23,069 bases of DNA. It comes from a bacterium (GTDB lineage Bacteria; CALINM01). Below are positions 17,608-23,069 of this stretch, in pieces (the stretch's first letter is position 1; each line of letters starts with the position of its first letter). The notes under the pieces were generated by a model that saw only the letters and a list, made by a program, of their open reading frames with translations, searched no databases and was not told where the DNA came from. A program made the translations under genes and the position numbers. Where the stretch lies: contig JBEQAF010000029.1 of assembly GCA_041640455.1 (NCBI GenBank), positions 1-23,069 of the forward strand, written 5' to 3'.

Positions 17608-18279
17608 CTATTCATTAATTTTTACCTCCTTTTTACCCGTCACATAGGATACGATTTTATAACCTCTTTTACCTGCCTCTTCTACAAAGCCGTTTATTTC
17701 AGCTTTATCAACTCTTAACACCACCTGAGATGTGTTTTCGTCTTTGTCAAATCTCACGAGACTTCTTATACATAAATTGCTCTCATCCAGTAGTTTTACA
17801 AGCCCATCAAGTTTTGAGCAGATCTCGCTTTTTTTAAACTCCACTGTAATTCTCGACACCGGTGTATCAAGCCCCAGCATAATTACAACAACCTTAAACA
17901 GATCATTGCTGCTTACATATCCAACAAGCTCGCCTCTGCTATCCAGTACTGGCATACCGCCTATCTGCTTTGTGTGCATTATCATTGCTACCTCTTCTAC
18001 CGGGTCATCGGGATGGCAGGTAATTACATTGGTATGCATAATATCTTTAACAGTCATCTTTGAGATAAGGTAATGCAGCTCGTGAATGGAAAGAGTGGAT
18101 GCCTGTGAGGGCTGAGCCTCTCTTATCTTATTCAGTGAAGTTATCCCTACAAGTTTTCCATTGTCAACTATGGGCAGCCTCTTAATTTTATTCTCAATCA
18201 TTATCTTTCTTGCATCGTAGAGAGATGTATTGCTTGGAACCGATATTACCTTTGTTCTCATAAATTCTTTAACACGCAT
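17608..18279 (-). CDS. CBS-pair + ACT-like domain protein (AcuB-like)
   Basis: Two CBS repeats (RLPIVDNGKLVGI; GGMPVLD..GELVGYV) with the AcuB-type insert PSQASTLSIHELHYLISKMTVKDIM, and a C-terminal beta/alpha ACT-like region. Confidence 0.85.
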   Translation of the reverse strand: MRVKEFMRTKVISVPSNTSLYDARKIMIENKIKRLPIVDNGKLVGITSLNKIREAQPSQASTLSIHELHYLISKMTVKDIMHTNVITCHPDDPVEEVAMIMHTKQIGGMPVLDSRGELVGYVSSNDLFKVVVIMLGLDTPVSRITVEFKKSEICSKLDGLVKLLDESNLCIRSLVRFDKDENTSQVVLRVDKAEINGFVEEAGKRGYKIVSYVTGKKEVKINE

Positions 18280-18291
18280 ATTGATTCCTCC

Positions 18292-19581
18292 TTAATCCCA
18301 TTTTCTGATATCTTCTATTTTTTTACTACCTTCCTGAATATTATTTACAAAAACCACCTCTGCTCGAAGTTTCGTAGCCTCTCTTACCCTATCTATTATT
18401 ACATCTTTAAGATCATCGGATGGTGTAATGCCAGGTTTTAAAACCACCTCAACGGTCATTATGTCTGTAACACCTTCACGGCTTACCACAACTCTCATCT
18501 TCTCTACTGTATCATTAAGCTTTGACTGTACCTCATCAATCTGCCTCGGATGCACAAACATCCCCTTAATCTTGGTAACCTCATCTGCCCTTCCCATTAT
18601 ACCCTTAAGCTTATAGGAAGTTCTCCCGCAGGGACATTCCTCCGCATCTATAGCCGATAGATCACCTGTTCCGTACCTCACAAGCGGATAACATTCATTG
18701 CTGAAATCAGTAACCACCACCTCTCCAATCTCGCCCAGAGGTAGCGGCTCACCTGTTTTTGGATCACATATTTCAATGTATAAATGGTCTGATATATGCA
18801 TACCCTTTTCTGCAGGGCACTCATAGGCAATTCCGCCAAGATCTGCCGTAATATATGCCTGTCGGACTATAATTCCGTAATCATTTAACCCCTTTCTCAA
18901 GGAAGGAGATAATATCTCTCCTGCAACCAGAGCTATCTCCATAGCCAGGTCTTTTTTAACATCATATCCATTTTCGTTCATCTTGTTTATAAGTGCCATT
19001 AAAAAGGACGGTACGCCAATATAGCCGTTTATTTTGAGTTCCACCATGGTTTTTATCTGAATCTCCGTATTTCCAACACCTGTGGGAACTGTAACACAGC
19101 CTAAACCATTGCAAGCTTCATCTAAAAATATGCCTGCAGGTGTAAGATGATATGAAAACGTATTCATAACAATATCGCCGCTTCTAAAACCTACATTGTA
19201 AAGGCATTTTCTAAGCCCCCAGTAGTCTTCCTTTCTTCCTTCAGGGTCGTAAATAGGACCGGGAGAAACATATATTCTTTTCAGACTCTCCACAGGAACA
19301 GCAAGAAATCCTCCAAAGGGCGGATTATTGTGATGAAACTCAGGCATCTTGTTTTTCTTTAAAACCGGTACCCGGGCAAAATCATCTATATTTTTAACCT
19401 CATAGGGATTAAAACCTTTTTCATCAAGAAATTTTTTGTAACCTGGAGCTTTTTCATAAGCGTATATTAAAGTTTTTAAAACAGATTGGTTTTTTATCTC
19501 CTCCCGTTCTTTTCTGGACATTTTTTCAAGCTTTTCCTCATAAAACCCACTATTCCGCTCATCTTTTGTTCTTTTTGGCAT
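18292..19581 (-). CDS. Phenylacetate-CoA ligase-like (PaaK family) AMP-binding protein, probable short-chain acid-CoA ligase
   Basis: FSYHLTPAG, PTGVGNT, AGE, YECP, GEVVVT, PLVRYGTGDL, CPCGRT and GRADEVTKIKGMFVHP. The P-loop is atypical (YVSPGPIYDPEG). Confidence 0.85.
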   Translation of the reverse strand: MPKRTKDERNSGFYEEKLEKMSRKEREEIKNQSVLKTLIYAYEKAPGYKKFLDEKGFNPYEVKNIDDFARVPVLKKNKMPEFHHNNPPFGGFLAVPVESLKRIYVSPGPIYDPEGRKEDYWGLRKCLYNVGFRSGDIVMNTFSYHLTPAGIFLDEACNGLGCVTVPTGVGNTEIQIKTMVELKINGYIGVPSFLMALINKMNENGYDVKKDLAMEIALVAGEILSPSLRKGLNDYGIIVRQAYITADLGGIAYECPAEKGMHISDHLYIEICDPKTGEPLPLGEIGEVVVTDFSNECYPLVRYGTGDLSAIDAEECPCGRTSYKLKGIMGRADEVTKIKGMFVHPRQIDEVQSKLNDTVEKMRVVVSREGVTDIMTVEVVLKPGITPSDDLKDVIIDRVREATKLRAEVVFVNNIQEGSKKIEDIRKWD

Positions 19582-19616
19582 AACAAGGGGCTCCTTTCTA
19601 TTAATTTATTTAAAAG

Positions 19617-20411
19617 CTAAGATAGCCATCTTTTTCTTCTTTTGTAATGCTTTGCATCCTTAAAGCTTTTCTTTTTGCCCACCTCAGACAAACCTAAATA
19701 GAACTCCTTTACATCCTCATTTTCTCTCAATTTTTCACACTCTCCATCCAGAACTACCTTGCCCATCTCCATTACGTAGCCGTAGCTTCCAACAGACAGA
19801 GCCATATTGGCGTTCTGTTCAACAAGCAATACAGTGGTTTTCTCTTCCTTATTTATTTTCTTAACTATTTCAAAAATCTCTTTTACAAGCATAGGCGCCA
19901 GTCCAAGAGAAGGCTCATCAAGTAGCATGAGCTTTGGTCTTGCCATTAGAGCTCTTCCTATAGCTAACATCTGCTGTTCACCGCCGCTCATATAACCGGC
20001 AACCTGATTTCTTCTCTCTCTGAGTTTGGGGAAGTAATCAAATACCAGATCAATATCTTTTTTAATGTTCTGTTTGTCTTTTCTTGTATAAGCACCTGCT
20101 AACAGGTTCTCAGTTACTGTAAGATCTTTAAAAATTCTTCTGCCTTCCATAACCTGAAATATGCCCATCTTAACTATATCTTCAGCATCTTTATTGTTTA
20201 TCTTTTCTCCCATAAACTCTATGGTTCCGTCAGTAACCTCTCCTTCCTCTGCCTTCAGCAGTCCTGATATGGCTTTAAGGGTGGTTGTTTTGCCTGCACC
20301 GTTTGCGCCCAAAAGTACCGTAATCTCCCCTTCCTTGACCTCCATAGACATGCCTTTAAGCACCAGTATTACATCATCATAGATAACTTCTACATTGTTT
20401 AGCTTTAGCAT
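19617..20411 (-). CDS. livF: Liv-type ABC transporter ATP-binding protein (LivF family)
   Basis: Walker A GANGAGKTT, EGRRIF, signature MSGGEQQMLAIGRALM, LLDEPSLGLAP and VEQN. The ATG at 20411 has GAGG 5 nt upstream, so I prefer it to the GTG at 20417. Confidence 0.93.
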   Translation of the reverse strand: MLKLNNVEVIYDDVILVLKGMSMEVKEGEITVLLGANGAGKTTTLKAISGLLKAEEGEVTDGTIEFMGEKINNKDAEDIVKMGIFQVMEGRRIFKDLTVTENLLAGAYTRKDKQNIKKDIDLVFDYFPKLRERRNQVAGYMSGGEQQMLAIGRALMARPKLMLLDEPSLGLAPMLVKEIFEIVKKINKEEKTTVLLVEQNANMALSVGSYGYVMEMGKVVLDGECEKLRENEDVKEFYLGLSEVGKKKSFKDAKHYKRRKRWLS

Positions 20412-20439
20412 AGCCACCTCTAATAATTTTAGTAAAGGG

Positions 20440-20463
20440 GGGCAGAGACATGTATCTCTGCCC
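20440..20463 (-). terminator. GC-rich stem-loop between livK and livF (partial terminator or 3' mRNA stabiliser)
   Basis: GGGCAGAGA (20440-20448) / TCTCTGCCC (20455-20463) form a perfect 9-bp inverted repeat. The minus-strand U-tract is weak (CCCTTTAC). Confidence 0.6.
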
Positions 20464-20472
20464 TAAAATGTT

Positions 20473-21618
20473 TTAGTATTTCAAGAATCCTGTTTCAGGC
20501 ACGATCTTTCCATTTTTCACTACATAAAGCTTGGCTGATATATTGGGTTTTCTGAGCTCAGGTTTGTAAGAAATAGGAGCTGAAAGATCAAGCATGTCAA
20601 ATGTATTTGATTCAAGAACTTTCTTAATATTCTCACCGGTTAGATTATTACCTGCCTTTTTTAGAGCTTCTACCAGCAGATATGCTGCCAGAAAACCCTG
20701 GGTATAGTTAACAGGCTGCGGATCTTCCTTACCTCTCATCTCTTTTCTTACTTTATGCATAAGCTGAACACCCTTCAGGTTTGTTTCATGCCAGAAAGCA
20801 AAGGGGATTATTGCATAATAACCTTCTGCAGCTGCACCTGCCTGTTCTACTAATTTCTCTGAAAGAGTCCAGTTAAGACCTATAAACTTAGTTTTCAGAC
20901 CAAGTTTTTTTGCATCCTTTAAAATGGTGCTAGTTGCCATGGTTGTCTGCTGAATGATAGCAAAATCGGGCTCTTTCTTCTGCATATTTAGGAGCTGAGT
21001 TGTGGCATCAAGATCTTTTAATCCCACGATCTGCTTGTCAACTATATCCACACCAACCTTTTTAGCAAACTCTTCGGCATCCTGAATAGGAGACCTACCA
21101 AAGCCTGTATCATTGTAGATAAGAGCTAATCTGGGATTTCTTGATTTATCCTTCCAGGTATCTTTAATCCACTTGATAGCCAGTCTTGCCTGATCCGAAT
21201 AGGTAGTGGCTGCTATAAAGTTATAGGGTGTTTTGTCAAAGACTAAATGCTCAGAATAGGATGCAGAAATATAGGGGATCTTATCGTTTGCGATCATTGG
21301 AGCCATAGCTTCTGTATCACCTGTTCCCCAACCAAGTATGGCAATAACGCCTTTAGATACCATCTCTTTGTAAGCTGATACAGCCTGAGGTATCTTATAC
21401 TGATAGTCCACATCAATGAGTTCAATCTTCCTGCCGTTAACACCTCCATGTTTGTTTACATAGTTGATATAATCTCTTACTGCCTCTGCATAGGGTGCGC
21501 CCACGTCTCCTGTTGCTCCGGTCATGTCAAAAATTCCGCCAATCTTGATGGTCTGCTGTGCAAAACTAAAGCTTGCCAGCATGAGTAACATGAAAACTGC
21601 TAATACTACTTTTCTCAT
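20473..21618 (-). CDS. livK: Liv-type ABC transporter periplasmic substrate-binding protein
   Basis: Sec signal peptide (MRKVVLAVFMLLMLASFSFA), IKIGGIFDMTG, VNKHGGVNGRKIEL and GWGTGDT, consistent with a type-1 periplasmic binding fold. Confidence 0.9.
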   Translation of the reverse strand: MRKVVLAVFMLLMLASFSFAQQTIKIGGIFDMTGATGDVGAPYAEAVRDYINYVNKHGGVNGRKIELIDVDYQYKIPQAVSAYKEMVSKGVIAILGWGTGDTEAMAPMIANDKIPYISASYSEHLVFDKTPYNFIAATTYSDQARLAIKWIKDTWKDKSRNPRLALIYNDTGFGRSPIQDAEEFAKKVGVDIVDKQIVGLKDLDATTQLLNMQKKEPDFAIIQQTTMATSTILKDAKKLGLKTKFIGLNWTLSEKLVEQAGAAAEGYYAIIPFAFWHETNLKGVQLMHKVRKEMRGKEDPQPVNYTQGFLAAYLLVEALKKAGNNLTGENIKKVLESNTFDMLDLSAPISYKPELRKPNISAKLYVVKNGKIVPETGFLKY

Positions 21619-21646
21619 ATTTCCCTCCTTTTTTTAGTATAGCTTA

Positions 21647-21675
21647 AAAATAAAACACTTTTTTAAAAATATCAA
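21647..21675 (-). promoter_or_regulatory. Possible internal sigma70 promoter for livK
   Basis: Minus strand TTGATA (21675-21670), 17 bp spacer, TATTTT (21652-21647). A second -10-like TATACT lies at 21641-21636. The gap is very AT-rich, so a chance match is possible. Confidence 0.35.
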
Positions 21676-21683
21676 GTTAAATC

Positions 21684-22739
21684 TTAGTAACTAAAGGGCC
21701 AGAGCTTCCAGTAGTTTTTAATAGTTCTCCATCTGGCAGCAAGCCCATCGGGTTCAAAGATTAAAAATAAAACTATTACCAGACCGAATATACCCTCCCT
21801 TATGGCTCCGAAAAGCTCAACCAGCATGGGGAGTTTTTCAGCAAATAGGTTACTTATAGCTCTAAGAACTTCGGGAAGAAGAGTCATAAAGGTAGCTCCC
21901 ATTATGCTACCATATATGCTACCAAGCCCACCTATGATTATCATTGATAGATACTGAACAGATACCATAATATTGAAATGCTCTGGCGTAATGATACCAA
22001 TATAATGTCCCCAGAGGCTACCTGCTATACCGGCAAAGAAAGAGCTTATACCAAAGGAGATTAGTTTATACCTGAAAAGAGGCACGCCTATAATCTCAGC
22101 TGATATGTATCTATCCCTTATCGCCATAAACGCCCTACCTGGCTTGGTTCTTACAATATTTTTTGCTGCAAGAACAGCCAGTATAGTAAATGAAAGGGCA
22201 AGAAAATAAAATTTAAAGTCTGAATTAAAGGCATATTTGCCTATTTGTGCCGGTTGAACAAGTAACCCCTGATTTCCACCTGTCACAGTTCTCCATCTTA
22301 TAAAAACAAATTCAAGTATAACCTGAGCAGCAAGAGTTGCAATTGCGAGATAAAGCCCTTTTAATCTTAGAGATGGTATACCGAAAATCATCCCTACAAT
22401 CGCAGTTACTGCCCCCGCTGCAATCACACAAACTATAAAAGGAAGTCCAAACTGATTCATCAGATATCCTGAAGTATAAGCTCCAACTCCAATAAAGGCA
22501 CCATGCCCCAGCGATATCTGACCGGTAAATCCTGTTAAAATATTTAGCCCTAAAGTTGCTATAACAGCTATTAATACTGTATTAGCTATATATAAAAGAT
22601 ATTTTGAGTTCTGAAAGACAAATGGAAAAGCAATCAGAGCCAATATAAAAAACCATAACCAGAACTTTGACACCTTGGTCTGCCATATTGCCATATCATC
22701 TTCGTAGGTTGTTTTAAATACGCCACATTTTATAGCCAT
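21684..22739 (-). CDS. livM: Liv-type ABC transporter permease (LivM family)
   Basis: Hydrophobic, with GLNILTGFTGQISLGHGAF, LRLKGLYLAIATLA, GRAFMAIRD and IIGGLGS. Confidence 0.93.
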   Translation of the reverse strand: MAIKCGVFKTTYEDDMAIWQTKVSKFWLWFFILALIAFPFVFQNSKYLLYIANTVLIAVIATLGLNILTGFTGQISLGHGAFIGVGAYTSGYLMNQFGLPFIVCVIAAGAVTAIVGMIFGIPSLRLKGLYLAIATLAAQVILEFVFIRWRTVTGGNQGLLVQPAQIGKYAFNSDFKFYFLALSFTILAVLAAKNIVRTKPGRAFMAIRDRYISAEIIGVPLFRYKLISFGISSFFAGIAGSLWGHYIGIITPEHFNIMVSVQYLSMIIIGGLGSIYGSIMGATFMTLLPEVLRAISNLFAEKLPMLVELFGAIREGIFGLVIVLFLIFEPDGLAARWRTIKNYWKLWPFSY

Positions 22740-22752
22740 CTTATAATCCTCC

Positions 22753-23069
22753 CTAAACCTTTTCTATTTCTTCAGTGCCAAAGAGCCCGTATGGTTTTAT
22801 CATTAAAACTATTACCAGTACTACGAATGGAATGACTTCCTTAGTTCCTCCTTCAAATATGGGGTCAAGCCAGATACCGCTAAGCGCCTCCAGTACGCCA
22901 ATTATCAGACCTCCCAGAATGGCTCCAGGGATACTATCAAGCCCTCCCAGTATTACGGCAGGAAACACCTTTAACCCAAAGGAACTAAGGGTTGAGTTAA
23001 CGCCATTAATATTTCCTATAAGAATGCCACCTATGCTTGCAACAACAGCCGCAATAGCCCAGGCTATAC
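22753..23069 (-). CDS. livH: Liv-type ABC transporter permease (LivH family), 5'-truncated by window edge
   Basis: The frame is open to the window end (IAWAIAAVVASIGGILIG...GLKVFPAVILGGLDSIPGAILGGLIIG...KPYGLFG). The listed start at 22968 is an internal GTG. Confidence 0.9.
   Translation of the reverse strand, partial: IAWAIAAVVASIGGILIGNINGVNSTLSSFGLKVFPAVILGGLDSIPGAILGGLIIGVLEALSGIWLDPIFEGGTKEVIPFVVLVIVLMIKPYGLFGTEEIEKV

Noticed and set aside
19582..19600. Small AAGG/CCTT hairpin over the ligase SD
   Set aside because: A 4-bp stem is too weak to support a regulatory claim.
1606..20382. Numerous 60-170 aa plus-strand ORFs (e.g. 12165-12668, 13402-13803, 16794-17135, 17732-18073) and minus-strand 6264-6455 and 6561-6749
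   Set aside because: They lie on top of well-conserved genes, in antisense or alternate frames, and have no recognisable motifs. They are shadow ORFs.
22753..22968. 71-aa small membrane protein as listed in the ORF track
   Set aside because: The frame stays open to the window edge. It is the C-terminus of LivH.
1..23069. CRISPR arrays, IS elements, prophage, tRNA/rRNA, frameshifted pseudogenes
   Set aside because: I saw no spaced repeats, transposase or integrase ORFs, or RNA gene signatures. All complete genes are full-length for their families, and the largest intergenic gap is 134 bp.

Overview
This AT-rich bacterial window is almost entirely one minus-strand gene cluster (about 1.3-23.07 kb) for uptake and CoA-dependent breakdown of short straight and branched-chain fatty acids. 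The secreted binding protein has no lipobox, which suggests a diderm, and the gene set suggests an anaerobe. In transcription order, the uptake part has Liv-type ABC transporter genes (livH partial, livM, livK, livF), a PaaK-like acyl-CoA ligase with an atypical P-loop, and a CBS+ACT (AcuB-like) protein, followed by an intrinsic terminator. The catabolic part starts with a Cys-less MerR (LiuR-like) regulator preceded by a LiuR-type operator. It continues with two thiolases, an unexpected GalT/HIT-superfamily nucleotidyltransferase, hbd, crt, bcd, etfB, etfA and a second acyl-CoA dehydrogenase. Next come a CobO-type adenosyltransferase, a split B12-dependent acyl-CoA mutase with isobutyryl-CoA-mutase residues (Phe84/Gln202), a YngJ-like (isovaleryl-CoA) dehydrogenase, MeaB, a LiuC-like hydratase and HMG-CoA lyase. 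amrB (MEMO1 family, own promoter) follows and converges on the 3' end of a methyl-accepting chemotaxis gene. The most notable points are the GalT-like enzyme without sugar-binding motifs inside a beta-oxidation operon, an isovalerate branch lacking its carboxylase but joined to a B12 mutase module, several atypical active-site motifs, a likely leaderless start, and a 58-bp gene-conversion-like tract. No mobile elements, CRISPR arrays, tRNA or rRNA were seen. All family calls come from motif recognition; no database search was run.
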